A stretch of 44,205 nt of DNA from the sequence record PQ417132.1. The stretch is one strand, 5' to 3'. Below, in pieces: positions 1 to 7,554 of this stretch; the stretch's first letter is position 1, and every line of letters starts with the position of its first letter. Source of the stretch: Escherichia phage vB_VIPECOTH07. The notes under the pieces were generated by a model. That model was not told the origin of the DNA, did no database searches, and saw nothing but the letters and a program-made list of their open reading frames with translations. A program made the position numbers and the translations under genes.

Positions 1-513
1 TTAACGTTCACCGGACACCACCTTAATTGTTACTTCACTGATTGGCTCGTCGCGTACTTCTTCGGCGACAACTGTTTTATTCAGCCCCAGCTTAGCGGCG
101 GCGAACGTAGCAGAGATACCGGCGGCCCCATTCTCAGTGAAATACGCCTCTTCCAGCGCCTGTGCCGTTTCATAGGCTTCTGCAAATGAGGGAATCTCGC
201 GCAGCCACAGCTTAATAATCGGGATAGTGACACCGATGTGTAAGGCGAAGCGAGCCAGTGATGGCGGTTTATCCGCAATGACTGCTTTGTAGTCTCCGTG
301 CGCACCGGTCGGCATAGCCTCCCACGACGTGCGGTCGAAGAAACGAATCAATTCGTCACAATAGTCCGGGTCCCACAACGCGGCGGAATTACGGGATGAT
401 TGATAAAGGCTCTGTTTACCGCGCGGTCGTTTACGGCGACGGTTTGCGCTAACAGCTTCTTCATGTGCAGCTTGCACCACCTCTGGTGATGGCTGCTTGA
501 GTTTCAGCTTCAT
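1..513 (-). CDS. terminase small subunit (putative)
   Basis: Start moved to ATG at 513 (SD AAGGGG 5 nt upstream). Motif ARFALHIGVTIPIIKLWLREIPSFAEAYETAQALEEAYFTENG resembles small-terminase families. Stop codon is exactly at window positions 1-3, just upstream (in transcription order, across the boundary) of the large terminase. Confidence 0.6.
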   Translation of the reverse strand: MKLKLKQPSPEVVQAAHEEAVSANRRRKRPRGKQSLYQSSRNSAALWDPDYCDELIRFFDRTSWEAMPTGAHGDYKAVIADKPPSLARFALHIGVTIPIIKLWLREIPSFAEAYETAQALEEAYFTENGAAGISATFAAAKLGLNKTVVAEEVRDEPISEVTIKVVSGER

Positions 514-732
514 AGAATCCCCTTGCATATGCGTCTGACCATCAGAGCGCACCAGACGCGCCCTACGCGTCTAAATGGATTATATAAGGGGATTGGGCGG
601 GATGTACAGAAAAGCCCTCGGTAGAGGGCTTGTATCAGTTGTATAGGCCGTGGCGTGGTGCTCTTTTACCGTCGCCGCCGTAATGGTCGTTAGCTACGGG
701 AATGGCCCGGGCGTTAGGGATGATTAGTAGTC

Positions 733-969
733 TCATTCCCCGCTCTCCTCTCGTGCGATACGTTGCTCAGTTTTAGTGATACCCCGGCGCGTGAATAACA
801 CCGGGCTTGTTTTAACGTGCGTCATCAGACGGTTGTTATAAATTACGTGGCGCTCGCAGTTAACGTCTTTGCGGTACTTCGCAATCGTCATTTCGTTGAT
901 GCCGGTTTGTCGACATGTCTCGGCCATCGTGCCAAATTCTTTAATCAGGTTCGGAATGCTGGTAATCAT
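733..969 (-). CDS. small HTH-like DNA-binding protein
   Basis: ATG at 969 overlaps upstream stop (ATGA). Segment FGTMAETCRQTGINEMTIAKYRK looks like a helix-turn-helix. Confidence 0.35.
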   Translation of the reverse strand: MITSIPNLIKEFGTMAETCRQTGINEMTIAKYRKDVNCERHVIYNNRLMTHVKTSPVLFTRRGITKTEQRIAREESGE

Positions 970-1166
970 TCTGGTGCAATCTCCGATACACTAAGAATAA
1001 TCACTTCTGCGCCGTTGGGGAGAGACTTTGCAATGTCCTGTTCAATTTCCCTTAGTGCGTTGTAGGTGAATTTATCACTGTCGATAAGTACTTGTTCAGT
1101 ATTCCCAAACCCCCTACGTCCGGTATTGTCTGCCCAGTTGAAACCAATTAAGAAGTGTTTCGTCAT
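966..1166 (-). CDS. hypothetical protein
   Basis: ORF track 966..1187; ATG at 1166 preceded by GAGGAA. No recognisable motif. Confidence 0.4.
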   Translation of the reverse strand: MTKHFLIGFNWADNTGRRGFGNTEQVLIDSDKFTYNALREIEQDIAKSLPNGAEVIILSVSEIAPE

Positions 1167-1332
1167 AAGAAATTCCTCGTTGTCCACATCGCATTCGGAT
1201 ATTTGTTATCGCGGTCCTGCACCACGGAAATCATGTTCCCGCGTTGCACCAGGCAGAAGTGGCGTTGTTGCTCGCCGTTGTAGCGGCGCCAGATTGCCTC
1301 TTCGATTGCCGCGTTGATGTCACTGAACATTC

Positions 1333-1521
1333 TCACCCCACTATCTCATCACCAAGCCACGCCGTTTCTCGTATATCGTCAACCACACACGCGGCGTGTT
1401 CACGGCTAATTGCAAAAATGTAGAAGCTAAACTTCTTCCCGTCGGCGTCGATATGGTTAACAGAGTATGGTTTCCACAGGACGCCATCGATAACTACTGG
1501 TTCAGGCGCTTTCATACCCAT
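1333..1521 (-). CDS. hypothetical protein
   Basis: ORF track 1333..1524; tandem ATGs at 1521 and 1515. Start uncertain. Confidence 0.35.
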   Translation of the reverse strand: MGMKAPEPVVIDGVLWKPYSVNHIDADGKKFSFYIFAISREHAACVVDDIRETAWLGDEIVG

Positions 1522-1699
1522 CACCCGAGGCTTTGTTAAGGTTGAAGCGGTTAATCAGTTCACGGCGCGTCTCATAAAGAGACTCTACCATTTGCTCGGC
1601 TACAGCGATTTTAGTGTTCAGGATGTGCATCACGTGGCTTACGTCTACGCCGCCGTTAACAGCCTCGACCATCATCTTTTCGTATTCACGGTCAGTCAT
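1502..1699 (-). CDS. hypothetical protein
   Basis: ORF track 1502..1714 (TTG); first ATG at 1699. Start uncertain. Confidence 0.35.
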   Translation of the reverse strand: MTDREYEKMMVEAVNGGVDVSHVMHILNTKIAVAEQMVESLYETRRELINRFNLNKASGDGYESA

Positions 1700-1710
1700 A
1701 TGGTTACGTC

Positions 1711-1908
1711 TCAATTAATCAAATAATAAATATTATCACGGGCTAACTCATCCGCATCATCCTGGCAGTCGATATCGTAGTCGTCGACCCACTCAATCGC
1801 CATTACTCGCGCTAACTGTCGGCGCGTCCGCTTGTTATTCTTTAGGTCTGTAAATATCTTAAGTTCTTTGTCGTACGCACGTACCATCATCTTCATTTTG
1901 CTTTTCAT
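1711..1908 (-). CDS. hypothetical protein
   Basis: ORF track 1711..1923; ATG at 1908 overlaps stop of upstream small ORF (ATGA). Confidence 0.4.
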   Translation of the reverse strand: MKSKMKMMVRAYDKELKIFTDLKNNKRTRRQLARVMAIEWVDDYDIDCQDDADELARDNIYYLIN

Positions 1909-2060
1909 TTCTTCTCTCCCCACATGCGATTTAGATACTTGTTCTTGTCCGGCCCCGGGAAACTGTTACGTTTCATAAGCTCCTCTCGTGTCGGGAACGA
2001 GGTGTGACTGACTTTACGGCCTACTCGTAATGGTTGGCTTACTTGACCTTGTTCGCTCAT
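1905..2060 (-). CDS. hypothetical small protein (~51 aa)
   Basis: Below the 60-aa track cutoff; translated by hand (MSEQGQVSQPLRVGRKVSHTSF...). ATG at 2060 overlaps stop of 2057..2254 and its TGA overlaps the next ATG, a translational-coupling chain. Confidence 0.3.
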   Translation of the reverse strand: MSEQGQVSQPLRVGRKVSHTSFPTREELMKRNSFPGPDKNKYLNRMWGEKK

Positions 2061-2254
2061 TCTACAATCTCCCATTTAACGCCGTGGAAGCCATCACCTT
2101 CATCGTTACCAAAGTCTATGAAAATATAGCAGTCGTCGTCGGAGTCTATATAACCGAAACCAGTAGCTGTCGGGTTGTACACATCGTACACTTTACCCTC
2201 TGTCACATAGTCAAGGGCGGCTAACCAGAGAATTTTAGCGGCTTTAACTTTCAT
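2057..2254 (-). CDS. hypothetical protein
   Basis: ATG at 2254 with SD GGAGAG; ATGA-coupled to neighbours. Confidence 0.45.
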   Translation of the reverse strand: MKVKAAKILWLAALDYVTEGKVYDVYNPTATGFGYIDSDDDCYIFIDFGNDEGDGFHGVKWEIVE

Positions 2255-2460
2255 TTCTTCTCTCCTGCAAACTTAAATTTAGCCTCGAACTCCTTTCTAC
2301 CAACACAATATTCTGAATAGGATTCATTGAATTTCATCAATGGGTAGTCGGCGATAAGTACGTGGTCCAACCCAACCGCAGTTACAATGAAACTAACTTC
2401 ACCTACATCACCCCACGAGTAATTACTCTTATAGATGCCACCAACGATAACGTCGATCAT
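2251..2460 (-). CDS. hypothetical protein
   Basis: ATG at 2460 with SD GGAGAG; overlaps upstream stop. Confidence 0.45.
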   Translation of the reverse strand: MIDVIVGGIYKSNYSWGDVGEVSFIVTAVGLDHVLIADYPLMKFNESYSEYCVGRKEFEAKFKFAGEKK

Positions 2461-2606
2461 TTCTTCTCTCCTGCATAAGCTGCTTTCAGTGTCTGCATCG
2501 CGGCGAACCAGAATGCAGCCGCTGGGATGCTGTTGCTCAGGTTGCTAACGGCGATGCGTGCCATCAGTTGTGCGTCTTTGAATGCTTCGATATCTGTAAT
2601 TTTCAT
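2457..2606 (-). CDS. hypothetical small protein (~49 aa)
   Basis: Hand-translated MKITDIEAFKDAQLMARIAVSNLSNSIPAAAFWFAAMQTLKAAYAGEKK; ATG at 2606 overlaps upstream stop (TAATG), stop overlaps next ATG. Confidence 0.3.
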   Translation of the reverse strand: MKITDIEAFKDAQLMARIAVSNLSNSIPAAAFWFAAMQTLKAAYAGEKK

Positions 2607-2803
2607 TAGTTATTCTCCAGTATTTCTAACGCTTTCACGAGGTAACGTTTACGTAAAACATCAGTCTGCGCGCTATTAGCCCTGCGTATGTAGCCCGCAG
2701 CAGCCCTCATCTGTAGTTTTTCCACCGAACCATTCCCTATAACTGATGCGATACATTTAACTTCGAGTTCTTCGGTTATTTCTATCGTCGATACGTTGCC
2801 CAT
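2606..2803 (-). CDS. hypothetical protein (first gene of operon)
   Basis: ATG at 2803 with SD GGAG; directly downstream of promoter at 2838..2866. Confidence 0.45.
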   Translation of the reverse strand: MGNVSTIEITEELEVKCIASVIGNGSVEKLQMRAAAGYIRRANSAQTDVLRKRYLVKALEILENN

Positions 2804-2837
2804 TTCTCTCTACTCCGTTCTCGTTGTCGATGAAGTA

Positions 2838-2866
2838 AATATAATAGGGTCGAGGATAATAGTCAA
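2838..2866 (-). promoter_or_regulatory. sigma70-like promoter TTGACT-N17-TATATT
   Basis: Minus-strand reading: -35 TTGACT (2866..2861), 17-nt spacer, -10 TATATT (2843..2838); about 35 nt upstream of ATG at 2803. Confidence 0.5.
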
Positions 2867-2888
2867 CTAGTCATTACAGAAAACAGAT

Positions 2889-2920
2889 AAAAAAAATCCC
2901 GGCTGGGTCAGGGCCGGGAT
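2889..2920 (-). terminator. rho-independent terminator
   Basis: Perfect 8-bp inverted repeat ATCCCGGC/GCCGGGAT with 9-nt loop; on minus strand followed by T8 run. Confidence 0.65.
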
Positions 2921-2991
2921 AAAACTGGAGAGCAGAGGGATGGAACAGGAGGTGATTTAAGTATCGTCTGATTAGTCTTAGGTGTCAATTG

Positions 2992-3022
2992 GTAAAATAA
3001 AACCCGGATTCGCGGTCCGGGT
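2992..3022 (-). terminator. rho-independent terminator
   Basis: Hairpin ACCCGGA-ttcgcgg-TCCGGGT followed on minus strand by TTTTATTTT; lies downstream of the endolysin gene. Confidence 0.55.
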
Positions 3023-3150
3023 TTCGGGCATAAGCCCCTGAACCCTACGCAGTCTCCACCGCCTGGGCTGCTGCTTCAGGTTTACCAGGGCTTAGTATGC
3101 AAGCACAAGCAGCGTGATGTAAGTTTACTAAACGCCTTCGTATTCGTCCA

Positions 3151-3636
3151 TCATTTAACAGCCCTCCCGATAGCCTCCGCCTCCTGCCACTGTTTACCGT
3201 CGAACAACGCCAGACGACCCGCAGTACGGCGACGCAGACCAAGTAACGGTTTACCATTCTGGTTGATGAACAGCGCCAGCTTAGTCCGCAGCGTCGTGAT
3301 ATCACCAGAACGCAGCGCCTTACCCGTGCCCGTAGTAGCAGCAATCACGCCAGCGCCCGCGTTATAGACCAGGTCGCAAACAGCATCAAACTGCGCCTGC
3401 GTCAGCGAATGGTGTGCAGCCGCGCCAACCGCAGCTACGGCTTTAGCCATATCACGGTTCAGTAACAGGAGGCCTTGCCCGGGGGTGATAGTCTGCCCCG
3501 CCTTAACATGCGGACCATAGCTTCCGTAGCCAATAGTCAGGTACTTCTCGTTCGGCGTAGCACGATACGCAGTTCCGCGGAATCCCTCAAATGCGGCGGT
3601 AAAATGCAATCCATTATCTGAAATGTTTCGAGACAC
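3151..3636 (-). CDS. endolysin, lysozyme (glycoside hydrolase family 24-like)
   Basis: FEGFRGTAYRATPNEKYLTIGYGSYGPH matches the phage lysozyme catalytic region. Start placed at GTG 3636 preceded by GGAGGA with 7-nt spacer (ORF track 3151..3687). No N-terminal hydrophobic segment. Confidence 0.8.
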   Translation of the reverse strand: MSRNISDNGLHFTAAFEGFRGTAYRATPNEKYLTIGYGSYGPHVKAGQTITPGQGLLLLNRDMAKAVAAVGAAAHHSLTQAQFDAVCDLVYNAGAGVIAATTGTGKALRSGDITTLRTKLALFINQNGKPLLGLRRRTAGRLALFDGKQWQEAEAIGRAVK

Positions 3637-3886
3637 GCTTATGTCCTCCGTATGACAGCCACGCCTGGCGAATCTGGCGCAGCGCAACTAATGTGATTAA
3701 TGTCTCTGGCAACGTGGGTGACATGCTGCCCTGTAACAGGTGGATACATCCAGCGGCGCAGACGATAGCAGTCAGGATATAAAGCACCCGACCAAATAAT
3801 CCGTCGTCCACACTGGGATGGTACACATTAAACAGCGATGTGCCTCCGATTGCCAGCATACCGCCGAACCAGAATAATTCATTCAT
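3614..3886 (-). CDS. small membrane protein in lysis cassette (second holin or antiholin candidate)
   Basis: ATG at 3886 within ATGAATGA overlap with holin stop; hydrophobic segments FWFGGMLAIGGTSLF and VLYILTAIVCAAGCIHLL. 3' end overlaps endolysin start by 23 nt. Confidence 0.5.
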   Translation of the reverse strand: MNELFWFGGMLAIGGTSLFNVYHPSVDDGLFGRVLYILTAIVCAAGCIHLLQGSMSPTLPETLITLVALRQIRQAWLSYGGHKRVSKHFR

Positions 3887-4187
3887 CTGGGCCTCCTCGA
3901 CGTGAGATGTATTCTCCGGCGACGATACCGGAGAGACGGGAATAAATAGGCATCCAGAGAATAGCAATAATGAAGCCCAACCCAGCGATTTCACGGTCGC
4001 CCGTGATACCGAACCATTGAGCTGCGAGAGGTGCGCCAAATACGGCGCAGGCGAAACCAGTAGCGATGAAGCAGAAGCCGTCGATAGGGCCAGAAATAGC
4101 GGACTTATGTTGTCGTAGTCCGATTACCCCTCCGGCTAGTGCGGCAGCGAGAAGCCACCCCGTCACTGTTTCAGTAAATTTATCCAA
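3879..4187 (-). CDS. holin (three predicted transmembrane segments)
   Basis: TTG start at 4187 preceded by GGAGGA 6 nt upstream; hydrophobic stretches TGWLLAAALAGGVIGL, FCFIATGFACAVFGAPLAAQWF, IAGLGFIIAILWMPIY; immediately upstream of endolysin. Confidence 0.65.
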   Translation of the reverse strand: MDKFTETVTGWLLAAALAGGVIGLRQHKSAISGPIDGFCFIATGFACAVFGAPLAAQWFGITGDREIAGLGFIIAILWMPIYSRLSGIVAGEYISRRGGPDE

Positions 4188-4262
4188 GATGAATCCTCCA
4201 GGTGCGTATTAAGTATGCAGTAACTGGAGGATACCACGGGTAGGAATTATCCTAATAACGGT

Positions 4263-4556
4263 TTATTTATGACGCCAGATGTATTGGCGCCTCTGCGGCT
4301 TCGTCGGAATATCATCGTACCCCAGCGATTTCCAGTAATTAAATAACCGATTAGCGATTGCTGCGCGTTCCTGTGTTTTAAACTCACCGAGGTTCACGGC
4401 CTTCCCGTTCTGGAATCCGCAGGCGCGGACCGCTTTGCGTCTGGCCTGAATCTCAGGGTACAGCGCATTACGGCGGCGCTTGTATATTCGTGTGTTTGCT
4501 CTCGGTGACAGCGGCGCAAGGCCGCTTCGTTTCAGGATGTCAGTTGCTAACGACAT
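4263..4556 (-). CDS. small protein with AP2-like segment (putative DNA-binding)
   Basis: ATG at 4556 overlaps upstream stop (ATGA). NGKAVNLGEFKTQERAAIANRLF resembles the AP2 DNA-binding fold; weak call. Confidence 0.35.
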   Translation of the reverse strand: MSLATDILKRSGLAPLSPRANTRIYKRRRNALYPEIQARRKAVRACGFQNGKAVNLGEFKTQERAAIANRLFNYWKSLGYDDIPTKPQRRQYIWRHK

Positions 4557-4819
4557 CACTCCACCCCCTCCACATGTGTAACTGACCCACAGTTCGCGCA
4601 CTCGACGTAATCAGGGAACTGGTCTTTGTATTTCTGTAACTCGGCTTCCGCTTTTTCTGCCCACGCTAAAAAGTCGAAAGCGGCATTGAGCATCTGCGTA
4701 CGCCATGTCCTGAGTTCATTGAACTTACGCTCAAGTTCCGCGTAGTCTTCGTAACCAACCCAGTCACCATCGTCGTGCGGCCCTATTAAACCGCCTTGTA
4801 ATAAATATCTCTGTACCAT
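4556..4819 (-). CDS. hypothetical protein (C-terminal CANCGS Cys pair)
   Basis: ORF track 4556..4825; ATG at 4819 with AGGAG 8 nt upstream. Confidence 0.45.
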   Translation of the reverse strand: MVQRYLLQGGLIGPHDDGDWVGYEDYAELERKFNELRTWRTQMLNAAFDFLAWAEKAEAELQKYKDQFPDYVECANCGSVTHVEGVE

Positions 4820-4821
4820 AA

Positions 4822-5040
4822 TCACTTCTCCTGTTTACCAAGTCGCTTAGGTGAGCAGATAGCGCGTACCTCTGAATCGTTAGGCTTGTCGCCCTGAAAC
4901 AAGAAGTGCGCGTTCTCTGCAGCGCGTGCCGCTGACTGGCACGCCTCCATCGAGTAAAACGTTTCTGATGCCGCTAGTTGCATCTGGCCCGCCGACAATA
5001 CCCAGATAAATAAGATGCTGGTCATTTCTTTAACCCACAT
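4822..5040 (-). CDS. small protein with signal-peptide-like N-terminus
   Basis: ATG at 5040; MTSILFIWVLSAGQMQLAASE resembles a Sec signal peptide; Cys residues in the mature part. Confidence 0.4.
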   Translation of the reverse strand: MWVKEMTSILFIWVLSAGQMQLAASETFYSMEACQSAARAAENAHFLFQGDKPNDSEVRAICSPKRLGKQEK

Positions 5041-5297
5041 TTAATGCACATACATGGAAACCCGACTCCGTAAAATTGCCATTCGTGTTCACGCTGTTTC
5101 TCCTTCCACCGTACCCACATCCGCTGAACCTCTGGTTCAGCGTAGCCATTGTCTTTCCGGGCCGGGGTGAACCCAAACCGGCTCCGGAACCATAATTCAA
5201 ACTGCTGCAAAGTGAGTCTCACTTCCTGGTAACTTGAAGCCGTTGTCGGTCCGCGCCACGTTCCACTCAATCCCACCGTGGTACACAACCATGTCAT
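5022..5297 (-). CDS. hypothetical protein (start uncertain)
   Basis: Track ORF overlaps 5197..5382 by ~100 nt; true start probably internal. Confidence 0.25.
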   Translation of the reverse strand: MTWLCTTVGLSGTWRGPTTASSYQEVRLTLQQFELWFRSRFGFTPARKDNGYAEPEVQRMWVRWKEKQREHEWQFYGVGFPCMCIKCGLKK

Positions 5298-5382
5298 CTA
5301 AATCCAGGTCTATAACGGTTCCTACTTTGAAGATGCCTTTAGTCAGTTCACTGTCTCTTTTTGTAACTTTAACTTCTAACAT
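5197..5382 (-). CDS. hypothetical protein
   Basis: ATG at 5382 with SD GAGGAA 6 nt upstream; directly downstream of promoter 5415..5443. Confidence 0.45.
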   Translation of the reverse strand: MLEVKVTKRDSELTKGIFKVGTVIDLDLDDMVVYHGGIEWNVARTDNGFKLPGSETHFAAV

Positions 5383-5414
5383 TTCGTTTTCCTCTGTCTC
5401 GTCTGTGTAAATGA

Positions 5415-5443
5415 ATAGTAGCCTATTCTATCTTAGTGTGCAA
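5415..5443 (-). promoter_or_regulatory. promoter TTGCAC-N17-TACTAT with dyad AATAG-N4-CTATT
   Basis: Minus-strand reading CTTGCACACTAAGATAGAATAGGCTACTATTCATTTA; dyad overlaps -10. Confidence 0.5.
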
Positions 5444-5450
5444 GTAAATT

Positions 5451-5621
5451 TTATTGGTGTTTTAAAGATAATCGTTCGCCACGAATCCAGTAGTACCTCG
5501 GGCGTCTGGCCCACTGGCACCAGCGCATAACACGGTACTTGTTGCCGTCTGACGCAACAATAAGTCCGAATCGCTTTTCTCCGTTTCTACCGGTCCAGGT
5601 TACGATGTCATTCAGTTTCAT
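5451..5621 (-). CDS. hypothetical small protein (~56 aa)
   Basis: Hand-translated MKLNDIVTWTGRNGEKRFGLIVASDGNKYRVMRW...; ATG at 5621 with AGGAG 8 nt upstream. Confidence 0.3.
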   Translation of the reverse strand: MKLNDIVTWTGRNGEKRFGLIVASDGNKYRVMRWCQWARRPRYYWIRGERLSLKHQ

Positions 5622-5755
5622 TGTTGCGTCTCCTGCAATAGTCGCTTCGATTGTTGCGTTTGGTGAAAGTGTCGCCTTTTGACGACACTAAGTTAAAGTT
5701 GTACGCTGCTGTGTAGCAGCGTAAGTCACTCAGTAAAATCCCAAACTATTGAACA

Positions 5756-5956
5756 TCACACTTCCGGCGGCTCAGGTAACGGCATCCAGTGAGTCACGTA
5801 CTTATCGTAGTGATTCCAGAAAGGCTTTCTCCCGTCATCAGGAACGATGTAATAATCGTGTTGAACTGCGTTATTTAACGTTTCATACACCAGGAATTCT
5901 TTATCTGTACTACCGTTGCCCGGCAGCATCTCACTACACTTAATCCACTCACCCAT
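5756..5956 (-). CDS. DUF551-like phage protein
   Basis: MGEWIKCSEMLPGNG... pattern (W-I-x-C/V-x-E-x-LP) recalls the DUF551 family; ATG at 5956. Confidence 0.4.
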   Translation of the reverse strand: MGEWIKCSEMLPGNGSTDKEFLVYETLNNAVQHDYYIVPDDGRKPFWNHYDKYVTHWMPLPEPPEV

Positions 5957-5962
5957 ATCTCA

Positions 5963-6103
5963 CCTCGTATTCATCGCAGTTTGAACACCAGCTTTCCACG
6001 CCCGCCACGCGAGACGTGTCTTAACGTTCAGGTACTCTTTCTTTGAACCCTTGTTAACCGGCAGACCCTCGACGATGGCCCACCGTTCGAATGCTTCTCT
6101 CAT
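5963..6103 (-). CDS. hypothetical small protein (~46 aa)
   Basis: Hand-translated MREAFERWAIVEGLPVNKGSKKEYLNVKTRLAWRAWKAG...; ATG at 6103 overlaps upstream stop. Confidence 0.25.
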
Positions 6104-6294
6104 AACTCAACCCCGTGGTGCTTAAGAAAACTGTTTAACTTGTACTCACGGTACTGTGCTACCTCCTTAGCATGAGCCAAATGCCACGACTTCAACGGGG
6201 TGTACTTCGCCTTTTCCCAGCATTCAACACCAAACTCGGCGGCGCGCAGACCGCCAATCAGACGCTCAAGGCGGAATTGGTTATACGGACTCAT
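6100..6294 (-). CDS. hypothetical protein
   Basis: ORF track 6100..6309; ATG at 6294 with GAGG upstream. Confidence 0.4.
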   Translation of the reverse strand: MSPYNQFRLERLIGGLRAAEFGVECWEKAKYTPLKSWHLAHAKEVAQYREYKLNSFLKHHGVEL

Positions 6295-6446
6295 ACCAGA
6301 ACCTCGCATTCATCCCGATACACGAACAATAACGACCCTTTGTACTCAATCATAAAACCATAATGGTTGCTGCTGAACGCCAGAAAAACATCACCTACCG
6401 AGATACCGAAATCTATAAGCCTGCGGTCAGTTATACGGATTCTCAT
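6291..6446 (-). CDS. hypothetical small protein (~51 aa)
   Basis: Hand-translated MRIRITDRRLIDFGISVGDVFLAFSSNHYGFMIEYKG...; ATG at 6446 with GGGAGG upstream; ATGA-coupled both sides. Confidence 0.3.
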   Translation of the reverse strand: MRIRITDRRLIDFGISVGDVFLAFSSNHYGFMIEYKGSLLFVYRDECEVLV

Positions 6447-6691
6447 TAACGGCAACCTCCCTCAGAGTCGTCGGCACGAGCATCATGATTCGATGCCGTT
6501 TTGATTATATTTTTCAGGCAACTTTTGCACGGCATAATTCTCCCTCCCTGCTCCATAACTAACAGGGCGTGCTGTGCGTCCTGAAACAACCAATCACTAA
6601 ATTGAGGCTTACAGCCGCACCATGTTTCTATATCATGTTTGGCGAGTTTAACCCCATCGCGATAGTCGTATTTAATTATATGATTAAACAT
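6446..6691 (-). CDS. hypothetical Cys-rich protein
   Basis: ATG at 6691 (SD AAGGGG); Cys pairs WCGCK and PCKSC suggest a small zinc-binding fold. Confidence 0.4.
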   Translation of the reverse strand: MFNHIIKYDYRDGVKLAKHDIETWCGCKPQFSDWLFQDAQHALLVMEQGGRIMPCKSCLKNIIKTASNHDARADDSEGGCR

Positions 6692-6876
6692 CACTTCGCC
6701 CCTTTGAATTTAAAATTGTTGCCGATGAGTGTTAAATTATCTCTGAAAGCGTAACCATGTTTCTTTCGTACAAGACCCCATACGTCTACAGCGGTACTAT
6801 ATTCATCCTCATTCTGGGTAACTATTACGTACTGTCCGCCGCGTTTTGTTTTAACCAACTGACCCTTCTTAAACAT
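6691..6876 (-). CDS. hypothetical protein (first gene of leftward operon)
   Basis: ORF track 6691..6903 (TTG); ATG at 6876 with GAGGAG 8 nt upstream, directly downstream of promoter 6911..6939. Confidence 0.4.
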   Translation of the reverse strand: MFKKGQLVKTKRGGQYVIVTQNEDEYSTAVDVWGLVRKKHGYAFRDNLTLIGNNFKFKGAK

Positions 6877-6910
6877 AACCATCACTCCTCTGTCTAGTTT
6901 CAATAAGTGA

Positions 6911-6939
6911 ATAGTAACCTATTATGTTGGGGTGTGCAA
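6911..6939 (-). promoter_or_regulatory. promoter TTGCAC-N17-TACTAT with dyad AATAG-N4-CTATT
   Basis: Minus-strand reading CTTGCACACCCCAACATAATAGGTTACTATTCACTTA; near-identical to copies at 5415..5443 and 30307..30335. Confidence 0.55.
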
Positions 6940-7322
6940 GAGATTCATTGAAAATGGTTACGTTGCCGTTGTGATTCTTCAGGTAGGGTTGTGCCTTTAT
7001 TCTTATTACTTGGTAACTAAAGGGCAGGCCCTAAGCCTGCCCAATAATCGTTACATTTTTACGGTTGCGAATCTACGGCACTTTAAGAAAATCAGATACT
7101 TAAGATATATTCCGCCGATGGGAATAGAGCTTGCCCAGGGCAACCGGAGATACTTAGGAAGGAAAGTTACGATAATTCGAATGTTCAGTAAACTGCCGCC
7201 TAACACTTCGCGTTGGGCGCTCGTTTTCGGCGGGTTTTACAAGGTGAACAGGAATCAAAGTAACTAAGATATAGAAGCACCTTAAACGAAGATTTTCTTA
7301 ATGTCAATAGGTGCGATTATGT

Positions 7323-7351
7323 TTGATTTCCCATTATTCGCAATGTATACT
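7323..7351 (+). promoter_or_regulatory. sigma70-like promoter TTGATT-N17-TATACT
   Basis: -35 TTGATT 7323..7328, 17-nt spacer, -10 TATACT 7346..7351; ~30 nt upstream of ATG 7384. Confidence 0.5.
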
Positions 7352-7383
7352 TGGTTTCGTTAACTGATAATGGGGGTTTGAGA

Positions 7384-7554
7384 ATGACGCAGAATGAGGT
7401 AGCTGAGCGTATCGGGGTTACTCGTCGCACGCTGAATAACTGGTTAAAGAGTGGGAAGTTCCCGGATTGTTGTATCCGTATTATGGGCCGCCGGCAGCCG
7501 GGTACTTTCGACCCGGAGAAAGTGGAAGCGTGGATTAAGGAGAATGTAAAATGA
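7384..7554 (+). CDS. AlpA/Xis-like HTH transcriptional regulator
   Basis: ATG at 7384 (SD GGGGG); MTQNEVAERIGVTRRTLNNWLKSGKFP is a typical AlpA-type HTH. Confidence 0.55.
   Translation: MTQNEVAERIGVTRRTLNNWLKSGKFPDCCIRIMGRRQPGTFDPEKVEAWIKENVK

Noticed and set aside
1066-1317. 83-aa plus-strand ORF in the leftward small-gene operon
   Set aside because: Antisense to the translationally coupled minus-strand genes; Ser/Arg/Pro-rich; no RBS.
3045-3344. 99-aa minus-strand ORF overlapping the endolysin 3' end and terminator region
   Set aside because: Arg/Cys-rich improbable composition, out of frame with the endolysin, and it spans the terminator hairpin.
6932-7267. 111-aa plus-strand ORF in the 6940..7322 gap
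   Set aside because: Its ATG lies inside the promoter/operator element at 6911..6939, there is no RBS, and the predicted protein is low-complexity; treated as non-coding.
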